Counted from the stretch's first letter, positions 52,001 to 61,433 are shown. The stretch: 64,000 bases of DNA from Octopus vulgaris (GCA_951406725.2 OX597838.1:27776001-27840000), one strand, 5' to 3'. Notes: generated from the sequence alone by a model not told the origin. Numbers and translations are program-made.

Positions 52001-54744
52001 AGAAGTGTTTCGCTCAAGAACACAACGCATCGCCCAGTCCAGGAATCGAAACCACAATCTTACGATCATGGTGCTGACACCCTAACCACTAAGCCATGTG
52101 CTTCCACTATCTATTTTAATAATAATGATAATAATTCTTTCTGCTATAGACACAAGGCCTCAAATTTGGTGAGAAGTGACATGTTGATTATATCAGCCCT
52201 AATAGATGACCGGTACTTTATTTTATTGCTTCTGAGATCATGAAAGCCAAAGTCAACCACAGCAGAATTTCAGCTCAGAACATAAAAATGTACAAAATAC
52301 CACTAAGTATTTCATCTGGTTTGCTAACGATGCTGCCGCCTTGCAGCCTTAACGATAATGATAGTAATTGTCTCAAATTTCTGCTCAAAAAAAAAAAAGT
52401 TCAATTTTAGAGGAAGTGACAAGTCAATATCATCTGACACTTATTTTTATCGACCCTGAAAGGATGAAAGACAAAGTGGACTTCAATGGAATTTGAACTC
52501 AGAACATATAGAAGACAGACGAAATGCTGCTAAGCGTTTTGACCAACATATTAACAACTGTGCCAGAAATGATAATAATGGTTTCAAATTTTGCCACAGG
52601 GGCAGAAATTTTGGGGGTGGGGATGAGTCAATTACCTCACCCCACCCACCCCACCAATGTTTAACTGGTATTTATTTTATCATACCTGAAACGATGAAAG
52701 GCAAAGTCAACCTTGACGGAATTTGAACTCAGAACATAGTGACAGGTGAAATACCACTAAGCATTTTGTCCAGCGTGCTAACAACTCTGCCAGCTCACCA
52801 CCTAAGCAATGATAATAATCATCTCTACTAAAGACACAAGGTCTGAAATTACATCGACCCCAGTGATTCACTGGTACTTACCATGTTTTAATGCATATAA
52901 GAAACCCCTTTTCGTCAAAAATTAGTTTTAAAAAATATGAGAGTTTCTTATACATGGATATTACTATAATCCTTTACAAAACTTTTTTTCCAAATTTTAA
53001 GCCCCCCAAATTAGGGGGTTCCTTAAACACATTAAAATATGGTAATTTATTGACCCTGAAAAGATGAAAGGCAAAGTCGACCCCAGCAGAATTTGAACTC
53101 AGAACATTGCATACCAACAGGTAAAATACTTATTTCTTTACTACCCACAAGGGACTAAACACAGAGAGGACAAACAAGGACAGACAAATGGATTAAGTCG
53201 ATTATATTGACCCCAGTGCGTAACTGGTACTTATGTAATCGACCCCGAAAGGATGAAAGGCAAAGTCGACCTCGGCGGAATTTGAACTCAGAACGTAGCG
53301 GCAGACGAAATACTGCAAAGCATCTCGCCCGGCATGCTAATGATTCTGCCAGCTCGCCACCTTCTGAGCAATGATAATAATAATGATTGTTTCTAGTGTA
53401 GGGACCAGAAATTTGCTGGGAGAATCTAATTGCTAGTTAATTATACCAATTCAAGTAATTGATTGGTGCTTTATTTTTACTGACTGTATAGTGGTGAAAG
53501 TTAAAGTTGGTCTTAGTGAGATTTGAACCCAGAATGTAAAAATCCATTATAAATACTACACCAACTTTTTTTCCAATAATCTAACAATTCTAAGGCTGTG
53601 TGTGAGGTGGTAGAATCGTTAGCACACCAGGTAAAATGCTTAGCAACATTCCATGTCTTTACATTCCGAGTTCAAATTCCACTGAGGTCGACTTTGCCTT
53701 TCATTCTTTCAGGGTCAATAAAATAAAGTACCAGTTGAGTGCTGGGGTTGATGCAATCGACTTGTCTCCCACTGCCCAGAAATTGCAAAACCAATGATTG
53801 GACAATTCTGCCAACTCAATTCCTTGGATAGTTGTTGTCTGATTTTGGCCCAGGGCCATCAATAATAATAGGAGAGGGGTGAGTCAACTAAACTGACCCC
53901 AGTACATGACTGGTATCTTATTTTATCCACTCTGAAAGGACGAAAACCAAAGTCGACCTGGTGGGAATTTGAACTCAGAATGTAAAGAACTGGAACAAGT
54001 GCACTAATAATAACACCAACAAAAACAAGCCTTTATTTCATTGCTCAACCTGTTAGAAATAACAACAAAATCTCCCTCAAATTATATCTTTGAAAAGGAA
54101 AGGGAGGCATTGGGTAACATGATACAGATACATTGCCTGAAATATAAATGGAATGGTCACTGCTGGAATGTCTTTAATCATAATTTTGCTCTTTCATAGT
54201 TGACCAAAGACTAAACAACAAAAGCAACAATAACGAAAAGGGAACTTGATAAGCTAGAAATAGCAGCCAAACTTCACTTGACCCACACCCTAACAATTAC
54301 TCGTTTGATCTTTCACTCTTTTACCTATTTCAGCCCATGAGTAGTGGCCTAGCTGGAGCCATGCCATGGACACATCAGACAATGTCATCATACACATGCT
54401 TAAAATTCTCAAGACAGTCACTGTTAGAATAGCTTTGATCATTTGATCGTAGCATAGGTCTGTTTGACCAACACTGACCCGGGGTTAAACAACAGTAGCA
54501 AACAACAACAATTAGTTACAGTAATAAATAAGACATATCTTACCATAAGCCCCAAAGGAAGTAGTTGTTGAAGAGTGAGGTATTTAGAAACACCACTCTC
54601 AGTCAAAAGCGGTAAAAATTCTTCATATAAATTTTGTCTCAGTAAAATTTCTGTAAGATTCTGCCTGGAAAATCCAAAACAGGGATTACTAAAAAGGAGT
54701 AAAACTCCACATAAAAGAACTCCTTGTTTGTACATAGTCAACAT
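4739..54744 (-). CDS. nrf-6: NRF-6-like / O-acyltransferase-like (NRF domain + Acyl_transf_3) multi-exon gene, 15 exons in window, 3' end incomplete
   Basis: 15 GT-AG exons join with matching phases into an 840-aa open frame. Family motifs: DASGKP..GILQG...W.GDY..C (NRF), GIRFLSMVWIILAH, DTFFLLSG, RFLRLTP, CMSWTWYLANDVQFY, YTKPWTR, PLDRLTYGAFLLHP. The symbol is family-level only; orthology is not established. Confidence 0.93.
5312..5410 (-). ncRNA. Putative type-I hammerhead ribozyme (canonical core)
   Basis: Minus strand: CUGAGGA, helix II ugcauuggugg...ccaccagugca, GAAA, CAUGUG, UA cleavage site. Helix I is short or interrupted. Confidence 0.6.
6520..6751 (+). mobile_element. tRNA-derived SINE inserted at the exon-14 donor, 21-bp TSD
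   Basis: Flanked by gaaactg(c/t)tttaagagcttac at 6499-6519 and 6752-6772. Confidence 0.85.
6773..6968 (-). CDS. NRF-6-like exon 14
   Basis: ttctgcag|LYLSFGWFITLAISMVIC...YELLSRPIWALLVSWVIVICASGNG+G|gtaagc; 196 nt. Confidence 0.92.
7475..8890 (+). mobile_element. 5'-truncated RTE (BovB-like) LINE, degraded RT
   Basis: AFIDLTKAFDTVNR, GVKQGDILAPTL, LLYADD, FVYLGSTLS, C-terminal C2H2-like CSRVCLSRAGIISH; multiple stops. Confidence 0.9.
9181..9295 (-). CDS. NRF-6-like exon 13
   Basis: tatttcag|(S)ITFDDVYTKPWTRMSPFLIGILLGYFLRMKHRKRSISK|gtgagg; Y.KPW.R..P..IG...G motif. Confidence 0.93.
9470..10765 (-). mobile_element. RTE/RTE-X-like LINE fragment with Cys-rich insert
   Basis: GRSITDAIF...EKAFDRV, KGLRVNLAKTK, FCYLGD, LYGSETW, RGRPRKTW; frameshifted. 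Confidence 0.85.
11290..11920. repeat. 19-bp minisatellite (ttggtctatttagcaatta)n
   Basis: Homogeneous core at about 11360-11700 with degenerate flanks. Confidence 0.92.
12284..12379 (-). CDS. NRF-6-like exon 12
   Basis: cattttcag|(A)LPSVGLLVVTFLLCAYVAATTVLWQKLFTGT+TC|gtgagt; TM helix; phase 2 to 2. Confidence 0.85.
12457..12760 (+). mobile_element. CR1/Jockey-like LINE 3' fragment
   Basis: LEFLAHHQNVSSFCFFNKYF resembles the L.HRR.V.SL..FY.YF.G.CS.EL RT tail; same family at 33277-34400. Confidence 0.6.
14284..14363 (-). CDS. NRF-6-like exon 11
   Basis: gtttttag|CMSWTWYLANDVQFYSVAPIILSLIT+GC|gtaagt; hallmark WYL..D.QFY motif. Confidence 0.94.
14636..14795 (-). CDS. NRF-6-like exon 10
   Basis: tttccag|(R)LTPYYAIILIFVTCLMPYMFQGPFNDLSIETACREKWWSNLIYLNNMYKIEEM|gtaagt; RxxRLTP and WW.NL.Y.NN motifs. 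Confidence 0.93.
14888..15440. mobile_element. Fold-back (Penelope-like pLTR-type) element with ~180-bp inverted arms carrying hammerhead relics
   Basis: 15052-15232 is nearly the reverse complement of 15258-15439; flanked by (TA)n; CUGANGA core in both arms. Confidence 0.7.
15555..16463 (-). mobile_element. Two tandem copies of a tRNA-derived SINE (ggcgcaggagtggctgtgtgg family)
   Basis: Same family at 37942-38337, 45482-45917 and 50128-50520, with a tRNA-like head, an internal (TA)/(TG) tract and an aaaagagtaaaagag tail. Confidence 0.85.
16770..17525 (+). mobile_element. CR1/L2-type LINE 3' end with three tandem 193-bp units
   Basis: NSLGFRGPQLFNILPKCLRDL...FKTKLDLFL..VPDEP repeated at about 16831, 17024 and 17217. 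Confidence 0.85.
17915..18058. repeat. Long hairpin with periodic CTC/CTC mismatches (end of a non-autonomous element)
   Basis: aataccaaactc...aactcgctttcgctcgtt...gaactcgtttggtatt; arms of about 65 bp. Confidence 0.8.
18126..18224 (-). CDS. NRF-6-like exon 9
   Basis: ttttccag|(S)GTLLTYSFIDNFYSRGENGLKHIFKIYLTRFL+AG|gtaag; 99 nt. Confidence 0.9.
18310..19350 (-). mobile_element. Degraded mariner transposase
   Basis: KLMLTVFWD..VVMMDF plus frameshifted remnants of the VT.DE..V.HYDPETK and WVP-like regions. Confidence 0.75.
19908..20432. mobile_element. pogo/Tigger-like MITE
   Basis: Termini taccataaatcttcgagtata ... tatactcaaggatttacgata; inverted copy of the same family at 29654-30116. Confidence 0.7.
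20570..20995 (+). mobile_element. CR1 LINE 3' end
   Basis: TRGH..KV.K...KHFFMQRVAEAWNKLPASVV...SFK, a 3' UTR and an (ATT)n tail. Confidence 0.85.
21170..21263 (-). CDS. NRF-6-like exon 8
   Basis: gtcacag|(K)NPMSAIPIAQRFTFQAVFSATFAADTFFLL+AG|gtaggc; DTFFLLSG motif across the junction. Confidence 0.92.
22580..24160. repeat. Complex satellite of (agccaggttgccagatagccaagttaccaagcagctaggtggccaga)-type units with a 490-bp higher-order duplication
   Basis: Identical translated segments at 23041 and 23531 (offset 490); built from short AGCCA-containing subunits. Confidence 0.92.
24191..24364 (-). CDS. NRF-6-like exon 7 (start of Acyl_transf_3)
   Basis: gtttcag|(K)EILGSFLLAFSLKRNANKIL...LNGIRFLSMVWIILAHTYLLGMNDEI+A|gtaagt; conserved R-x10-H motif. 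Confidence 0.93.
24471..24890 (+). mobile_element. Short 5'-truncated R4/Dong-like LINE copy
   Basis: Matches the 3' end of the adjacent long copy (YQK.SKYKDLEIEI..MW...IPVVIGALG) and ends in gtcaaacatag(aat)n. Confidence 0.85.
24936..26320 (+). mobile_element. R4/Dong-like non-LTR retrotransposon, 5'-truncated (CCHC + REL endonuclease)
   Basis: 308-aa ORF: LYLPRKEGGRGL, ETEGFIIAAQDQ, CRVC..ETIDHVVSKC, RHD, RPDIIL..D, K..KY; (TAA)n on both sides. Confidence 0.9.
26985..27340 (+). mobile_element. RTE-like LINE 3' fragment
   Basis: LYGSE, LERNKASML, RRLCWFGH, RGRPRKTWNEV. Confidence 0.75.
28417..29057 (-). CDS. NRF-6-like exon 6 (TM helix + long Ser/Pro-rich loop)
   Basis: atttcag|(L)GFFSVYFLLLLVGTIYDICF...PPPQPPSPTLPPPPP...QNSEI+A|gtaagt; 641 nt; in frame with ORF 28247..29029. 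Confidence 0.85.
29423..29642. mobile_element. mariner-type MITE
   Basis: Termini tacgagaggatgttgaaaagttcctggc ... gccaggaacatttcagtaccccctcata (imperfect TIRs, TA flanks). Confidence 0.6.
29654..30116. mobile_element. pogo/Tigger-like MITE
   Basis: tactgtaaatcctcgagt ... actcgaggatctatggta TIRs; homologous to 19908-20432. Confidence 0.7.
30299..30392 (-). CDS. NRF-6-like exon 5
   Basis: ttaccccag|(N)LLNRFASVNLTSVVCKKPPNLLKHNEAIGA+TT|gtaagt; 94 nt; phases 1 to 2 fit both neighbours. Confidence 0.85.
30500..31000. repeat. Degenerate TGATC-rich short-period repeat
   Basis: Dense ctgatc/gatcag/ttgatc motifs with a local ~190-bp duplication. Confidence 0.7.
31480..32005 (+). mobile_element. 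SINE-like repeat (gagtggttggcgttaggaagggcatccagc family) with ~60-bp tandem head units
   Basis: (GAT)n tail; related copies at about 5867, 26415, 59232(-), 61455 and 63375(-). Confidence 0.8.
33025..33142 (-). CDS. NRF-6-like exon 4
   Basis: ccaccag|VALLPIFGPQLNGMSVIWDICTTQRCSAPELKTLFTPAF+A|gtgagt; NRF C-x4-CS motif; 118 nt. Confidence 0.88.
33277..34400. mobile_element. CR1/Jockey-like LINE fragments in inverted arrangement, interrupted by SINEs
   Basis: LESLAHHQTLSSFCVFYKYFHGRCSDEF on the + strand; 34075-34400 is a reverse-oriented copy of the same family. Confidence 0.65.
35398..35594 (-). CDS. NRF-6-like exon 3 (NRF domain core)
   Basis: ccatttag|(L)LDASGKPPAGILQGAVHWAGDYESCLKI...GQYCSVKIDFPKEGFIKKIP|gtaagt; 197 nt. 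Confidence 0.93.
36958..37210 (-). mobile_element. RTE LINE 3' end
   Basis: W.GHV..L.DN.W...W....K.PLGRPPRRW with a caaggtgat repeat tail. Confidence 0.7.
38396..38700. mobile_element. Palindromic AT-rich element in (TA)n/(TTA)n
   Basis: tagagataaaaccactattatgcaa...ttgcataatagtggttttatctcta arms; terminus tattccctaatatt shared with 31340-31425 and 5043 (rc). Confidence 0.65.
39289..39400 (-). CDS. NRF-6-like exon 2 (start of NRF domain)
   Basis: tcttttacag|FLNAYKGIERNVTKGCMNDTHMVLSNILTTSVGWQKK+T|gtaagc; 112 nt. Not in the ORF track. Confidence 0.85.
40109..40820 (+). mobile_element. REL-endonuclease LINE 3' fragment inserted in (CATA)n
   Basis: WWNVPVKT..KCKHNRPDLMIWD....CTIVEIS...K...Y..L....IIGALG; (CATA)n on both sides. 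Confidence 0.8.
40835..41709. mobile_element. Tc1/mariner-superfamily deleted element with long inverted ends
   Basis: TA|cagggtgtcccaaaagtcactg ... cagtgacttttggaacaccctg|TA; WFQQDGATAHT and WPSCSPDL..LDFF...GYLK fragments on both strands. Confidence 0.88.
44330..44560 (+). mobile_element. Penelope-like RT fragment
   Basis: KKDL....SLGHRVTTETNLKTVDFLGMTLD resembles the PLE RT motif ITIETNLK.V.FLDVTL. Confidence 0.5.
44622..44948. mobile_element. MITE with ~105-bp terminal inverted repeats
   Basis: ggatcttttccttttgaacggcagttttcaa ... ttgaaaactgccgttcaaaaggaaaagatcc. Confidence 0.8.
45920..46570. mobile_element. Adjacent degraded LINE fragments (RTE-like RT on +, CRE/REL-like on -)
   Basis: + strand: LSPVLFLMVI...LGFANDIPLL. 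- strand: AACNTEKKKINKYKSLTSHYQFVPVTVKT. Confidence 0.55.
47682..48945 (+). mobile_element. Tc1/mariner DD37D (maT-type) transposon, degraded but near full length
   Basis: FSDEK, then QEDSAP-(37 aa)-D in WSPNSPDCKPLDY; imperfect TIRs cagggagcgatgggtaaattgttgtc / gacgacaatctattcaccgcaccctc with TA flanks. Confidence 0.88.
51255..51745 (+). mobile_element. CR1 LINE 3' end
   Basis: LKRVQKLATRMV.GLKHLSYEERLK.LDLYSLE...RGHS.KL...FSVR....WNKLP; (TTAAC)n tail. Confidence 0.88.
52879..53044. mobile_element. Small pogo-like MITE nested in a SINE
   Basis: taccatgttttaatg ... cattaaaatatggta TIRs splitting the SINE motif ctggtactta|atttattgaccc. Confidence 0.65.
54544..54744 (-). CDS. NRF-6-like exon 1 (ATG, signal peptide)
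   Basis: MLTMYKQGVLLCGVLLLFSNPCFGFSRQ...PLGLM has a hydrophobic signal-peptide-like start. Donor ATG|GTAAGA, phase 0, matching exon 2. Confidence 0.75.
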
Positions 54745-55389
54745 TTGGGTGCAGAGTTGGTTAATTTTTTAGGGTTCTTTTGTTTTTTTGTGTGTTTTTT
54801 TTTTGTGTGTTTCTTTCTCTTGTATTTTTTTTTTCTCCTTGTGTACAAATGATGTTATTTTCTCTCGCAATTTTTTATAAAATGTCCAAAGAATAGGATA
54901 AAAAAAAAATGCCAAAATATTTCGTCCTCAATGGGTAAATTCCCAGCTGAAGTGATATCTACTGGATTTTAAATCCATTGAGTTTTTATTAGTAGATACT
55001 GCTTGGCTGTCTGTCATCTCTCAGTACGTTACTCTGAGTCTAACTGGTACCTCTTCCTTTCACTTAAAGGTACAATAACTCTTCGCTTTTCGGAGTGTAT
55101 GTATTTGTGTAGATGTATGGTGTGTATGTGTGTGTGTATACGTATGTGTGTGTGTGTATATACGTATGTGTGTGTGTATATCTATGTGTGATAATGAGAT
55201 TACCCGCATGCGAGTGTGAGTGTGTGTGTGTATACGTATGTGTGTGTGTGTCTATGTGTGATAACGAGATTACCCGCATGTGAGTGTGTGTGTGTGTATG
55301 TATCTAGCTATGAATGTAAGATTATGAGTTTGTGTGTGTATATGTATGTATCTCTCTTTCACTTTTTCTCTTTTTCTGTCTTTCAGCAA

Positions 55390-55394
55390 TTGTA

Positions 55395-55437
<43 letters not shown>

Positions 55438-55491
55438 TTAAGAAAGAGATTGTTCATTTATATGTTCCTATCGCTGTGTGTGTGTGTGTGT

Positions 55492-55565
<74 letters not shown>

Positions 55566-55656
55566 TTAAGAAGGAGATTGTTCATTTATATGTTCCTATC
55601 GCTGTGTGTGTGTGTGTGTGTGTGTATGTGTGTGTATGTGTGTGTATGTGTGTGTA

Positions 55657-55697
<41 letters not shown>

Positions 55698-55734
55698 TTA
55701 AGAAGGAGATTGTTCATTTCTATGTTCGTTTCTG

Positions 55735-55765
<31 letters not shown>

Positions 55766-55770
55766 GTGAG
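55390..55770. repeat. Three tandem compound units (TG)n(GA)n-ttaagaaggagattgttcattt
   Basis: The unique spacer recurs at about 55437, 55566 and 55697. Confidence 0.85.
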
Positions 55771-56593
55771 TGTGCACATGTACCTGTGTGAGCGTGGGCG
55801 TGTGTGTACATGTTTCTGTGAGAAGTTATCTAGCTATGTACACATGTACATTTGTATCATTATAAGTTTGTATGTATATGTATCACTCTCTCTCTCTCTC
55901 TCTCTCTCATAGTCTTTCTCTCACACACATTTATGATTTCAAAGAGACGAAGAGTAAGAGAGAGAAAGAGAGAGAGATTGTTCATCTATAAGTAGCTTCC
56001 TATGTATGTGTACCTCTGTACCTCTGAATGCATGTGTGTGTGTGTGTGTGCATGTACTTCTGGATATGTATGCAGGGCTGTACCTGTGTGTGTGTGCGTG
56101 CATGAGTTGCAGAGTGCATGAATGTGTGTGTGTGTGCGCATGTGCGTAAAGTTCCTGTGTCTTTGACCACACAGAGTTAATCTTAACTTTTACTTATCAT
56201 CCTTTATTTCCTCCTCCTCTTCTACACTCTTACAATTCACCCCTTCTCCTCCCATTCTTTCCTTTTTTTCTTTCTTTCCCCCCTTTCTTCCAATCACCCT
56301 GTTTCCTTTATTTCTTCTTCTTTTTTCCTTCTTCTTCTTGTCTTGCCTTGTAAAATCAAGGTGAGCTCACTGGACCAATAACATCGAATGCAGGCATCCC
56401 TACCGCTGCACCCTCTCTCCCTCGACCACCTGTGATAAGCGAATGCCACCTACTCATCTGTCAACCCACCTGCTTACCTACCTCGTCATCTACCGTCTGC
56501 CCATCCATCTATCTTTCCAATGCAACACATCACACCCTTCTAATTGAAATACATAAGCTGTGCAAATCATGCAGGGCACTAAATACACAAGAC

Positions 56594-56632
<39 letters not shown>

Positions 56633-56660
56633 CATATATCTATATATATCTGTATGTATG

Positions 56661-56750
<90 letters not shown>

Positions 56751-56773
56751 CAGGGCACTAAATACACAAGAAG

Positions 56774-56804
<31 letters not shown>

Positions 56805-56868
56805 CATACATATGTGTGTGTGTATGTGAGTATACATGCAAACACACATGCATAAAATATATATGCAC

Positions 56869-56916
<48 letters not shown>

Positions 56917-56919
<3 letters not shown>

Positions 56920-57033
56920 TTGAAAGAGTGAGCAGAGATGGCTTTTTGGAGGGGATAATTTTTAACATTATTATTAAGATTAAAATAAAAATTATCTCCT
57001 CAAAAAAGCCATCTCTGCTCATTCTTTCAAATA
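56917..57033. repeat. ~48-bp-arm hairpin
   Basis: tttgaaagagtgagcagagatggcttttt...aaaaagccatctctgctcattctttcaaa. Confidence 0.85.
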
Positions 57034-57069
57034 TATAAAATGCTGCACTAAGAACTTTCTCTTTCTTAT

Positions 57070-57143
<74 letters not shown>

Positions 57144-57177
57144 CATTTATATATATACATACATTTATATTTATATA

Positions 57178-57560
57178 TCTCTCTATATATAAACGGCAGT
57201 TTGTCTGTGTGTGAGTCTGTGTGTCTGTTTGGTTGTACCCTCACCCTGACCATGGCTTTCAACCGATTCTGATGAAACTTGACACACACATAGCCCAATG
57301 TCATAATTCAAAACTAACGCAGCGAAAATTTTGAAAAGTTCCCCCAGTTCTGAAAAGAATCGATAAATTCGACATGGGGTCGAGAATCAGAAACACAAAC
57401 CACAGACTGTCTAGGGGACGCAACTCGACCGTTTTAACTCTCAAAAAAAAATTTACCATAATTTTTTTCCATTTTTTTCTATTTTTTTGGCTATAACTCT
57501 CTAAAAATACTTTATAGTTATTTCCCTTACAAACCTGAGCAACGCCGGGCGATACTGCTA

Positions 57561-57561
<1 letters not shown>
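57178..57561 (+). mobile_element. Complete non-autonomous Helitron
   Basis: A|TC 5' end, subterminal GC-rich hairpin (cctgagcaacgccggg) and CTAG|T 3' end. Confidence 0.8.
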
Positions 57562-57604
<43 letters not shown>

Positions 57605-57644
57605 CATTTATATATATACATACATTTATTATATATATATATAT

Positions 57645-58546
57645 ATAGAAAATAGTAAAAAGTGAAAAAACTACAGAAGGCTTGTTTTAAAAGGTTAAAA
57701 AATATATATTTGAGTCATTATGTCTGAAGAACGTTATAAATTTTTTTCATACAATGACATAGTTTTTGAAGAAATGACCGGTTTCGCGTTCAGCTTTTCA
57801 AATTTCTTACATCGTTATGTTTACGTTGAGAAGTATGAAGGAGAGTTCCAGATAAGGGGAGGTAATAAGTGATTTCTTCCAGTGTAAGGGAGATAATCGC
57901 TTAATATTTCTTGCCTTTTTTTGGAGTGAGTTTCTCTGTATAAGAATGTTGGAACGGTTAAGTTTGGGCTTGTATTTTTCAATGAAGAATGTTTCCTTGT
58001 TTAGTCTAATTTGTGTTGGTGTTCCGATAGCACATTGGTAAAATGGAAAGATTAAAAATTGTGGTAGTAGTTGCTTTGCGCATTTCTCAATGTGCTAACT
58101 AAAGGGTATCATTCTGTATTCTGGGAATGCAATCTGTTGTCGATGCAGTGTGCATCTACGTCTGAGTGATAGTCCCGTGGACCCCACGTAGTTTTGGTGG
58201 CAGCCCGAGCATTTTATGACATAAATTATGTTTTCAGAGGCACAAATAAAATTAGATTTGATCTTGAATTTCTGTCTCTCTTTAAAGAGGAATTCTGATC
58301 CTTCTAGCAGGTTTGGATATGTTGCACAGTTCGGTCTACCACATTTTTTTACTTTTGCATCCATAATTTAAGAAAACAATTTTGCCTTTGTGAGAATCTT
58401 TTTAACCGGTCATTTCTTCAAAAACTATGTCATTGCATGAAAAAAATTTATAACATTCTTCAGACATAATAACTCAAATATATATTTTTTAACCTTTTAA
58501 AACAAGCCTTCTGTAGTTTTTTTCACTTTTTATTATTTTCTATATA
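57645..58546 (-). mobile_element. 5'-truncated Penelope-like element (GIY-YIG endonuclease) with inverted partial pLTR
   Basis: CGRPNC...CASENIIYVIKCSGC..NYVGST..LRRR..H, then after one in-frame stop RLNKETFFIEKYKPKLN. Segment 57647-57783 is inverted at 58404-58545. Flanked by (TA)n. Confidence 0.88.
57769..57808 (-). ncRNA. Minimal type-I hammerhead ribozyme, U3-A8 core variant
   Basis: AAGAAAU-UUGAAAA-GCugaacGC-GAAA-CCGG-UC-AUUUCUU; 7-bp helix I and palindromic helix III. Confidence 0.7.
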
Positions 58547-58603
58547 TTCAACCACGTGCTTTCACACACCAACTTTCTCACCTATATATTTATATATAGC
58601 TGA

Positions 58604-58634
<31 letters not shown>

Positions 58635-59034
58635 TGTATGTATATATGTATGTATGTATGTATGTGTGTATGTATGTATGTATGTATGTATGTATGTATG
58701 TATGTATGTATGTATGTATGTATGTATATGATGGACTCTCCCATCGAAGATGAGGTATGAGCCTTTCAGCTTTTGCCGAATGATCTGCACAAAAAACTTG
58801 TTTATAGTAATCAAGTGTTCCTGCTGCACACTGGCTCGCTCCCTTCATCAAATTGACATTGCCTGAACAGGTGCACGGTGTACCACACGTAAGGAGTTGA
58901 AGTGACCAGAGGCCAACGTGAGATGAAGTGTTTTGCTCAAGAACACAACACACCAATGGGTCAGGTGATTGAAAACCATGATCTTGTGATCTTGAGTGCA
59001 AAACCCTAACCACTAATCCATACACCCTCACATA

Positions 59035-59073
<39 letters not shown>

Positions 59074-59076
59074 TTA

Positions 59077-59116
<40 letters not shown>

Positions 59117-59193
59117 AACACACACATACACACATGTATATATATATACATTTGTATATGTATATGCACACAATTCATATGCATAAACATGTA

Positions 59194-59234
<41 letters not shown>

Positions 59235-60289
59235 TCATCATCATCGTTTAACGTCCGTTTTCCATGCTAGCACGGGTTGCACGGTTCGACCGGAGTCTGG
59301 GAAGCCAGGAGGCTGCACCAGGCTCCAGTCTGATCTGGCAGTGTTTCTACAGCTGGATGCCCTTCCTAACGCCAACCACTCCGTGAGTTTAATGGGTGCT
59401 TTTTACATGCCACCGGCACAGGTGCCAGTCAAGGCGCCGCTGGCATTGGCCACGTTTGGATGGTGCCTTTTACGTGCCACCGGCACAGGTATCACAACTA
59501 CTATTTCCATTTGATATTTATTTCGATGTTTCTGCTCTTGACTCAATAGGTCTCCTCAAGCACAGCAGGTCATGTGCCACCGGCACAGAAGCCAGTCAAT
59601 GCAGCGCTGGCATCAGCCACTTTGGATGGTGCTTTGTACGTGCCGCCGACCCTTATTCGCAAAATTACATGCTGACATAGAACCAACATTGAACCCCTTA
59701 TTCACAAAATTACCGAATCTGGAACTTAACTTTGGTCTGTCTATAGCACTTATTCAGCATTACCTGACACCTTTGGGTCTCAATGACACTATTATCTATT
59801 ATATATATTTATATGTGTGTGTATATATATATATATATATACATACACATATGAATACATATATGTATATATATATTATATATATATATATATATTCAAT
59901 ACATATATATAGGGGTACACACCCACACACACACACACATGTACATACACACACACAGGGAGAAAAAGAGTGACAGAGTGACACACAGAGAAGAGAAACA
60001 GAGAGAGAGAGAGAGAGTGATAAATGATAACAGAGGAGAGAGAGATAAAGAGAGATCCCAAGAGACCGACAGATGAAAAGGAGAGATGCTACGTAGATTA
60101 TTTTACTTGACAGATAAGAATTACGAAACATGTTGGGTTTTGTTTTAGTTGAAGGGGAAAACAACAACAACAACATCAACAACAGAGCATGATGCTAACA
60201 GTAAGTAATTCATTAAGCATGACGAAGAAGACGAGAAAATGATAACGACAATGAAGATACCAGCAAAATTATGTTTCCACACCTGTGTG

Positions 60290-60334
<45 letters not shown>

Positions 60335-60427
60335 GCGTGTATATATATATATAAAATATATATATATATATATACATATATATATACATACACATATATA
60401 TACATATATATACATATATATATATAC

Positions 60428-60473
<46 letters not shown>

Positions 60474-60487
60474 ACATACATATATAC

Positions 60488-61067
<580 letters not shown>

Positions 61068-61162
61068 GTATATATATATATATATTTATATATAAATACA
61101 TATATTTATTATGGAGATGTACTTGCATAGCAAGTGACCTGATCTGAAACGAAAACAATTGC

Positions 61163-61433
61163 AGCATGGAAGGTGTTTATAAGCCATTTAAGAAACACAC
61201 AAAAACTGTTAGATTCGCTTCAGCATTTAGATTTAATTTGCCAAGGTATTTTCGTTGCTTTGAGACCGCGACCTGTTCACTGTCAGATGCAGCATGAAAT
61301 ATTGTCAGTGAACAGGTCGAGATCTCAAAGCGACGAAAATATTTTGGCAAATTAAATTTAAATGTTGAAGTGAATCTAACGGTTTTGTGTGTTTCTTAAA
61401 TGGCTTATAAACACCTTCCATGCTGCAACTGTT
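61163..61433. mobile_element. Palindromic element (~125-bp arms); partial second copy at 62579-62724
   Basis: aaacaattgcagcatggaaggtgtttataagcc...ggcttataaacaccttccatgctgcaactgttt; flanked by (TA)n. Confidence 0.8.
61302..61350 (+). ncRNA. Putative hammerhead ribozyme, G3-C8 core variant
   Basis: UUGUCA-GUGAACA-g-GUCG...CGAC-GAAA-AUAU-UU-UGGCAA; one extra nucleotide after A9 and a UUU triplet. Confidence 0.45.

Noticed and set aside
39401-54543. Extra exons in the 15-kb first intron (donor-like sites near 43725 and 45040)
   Set aside because: No clean frame with family similarity, and exons 1 and 2 already join in phase; a small symmetric exon cannot be excluded.
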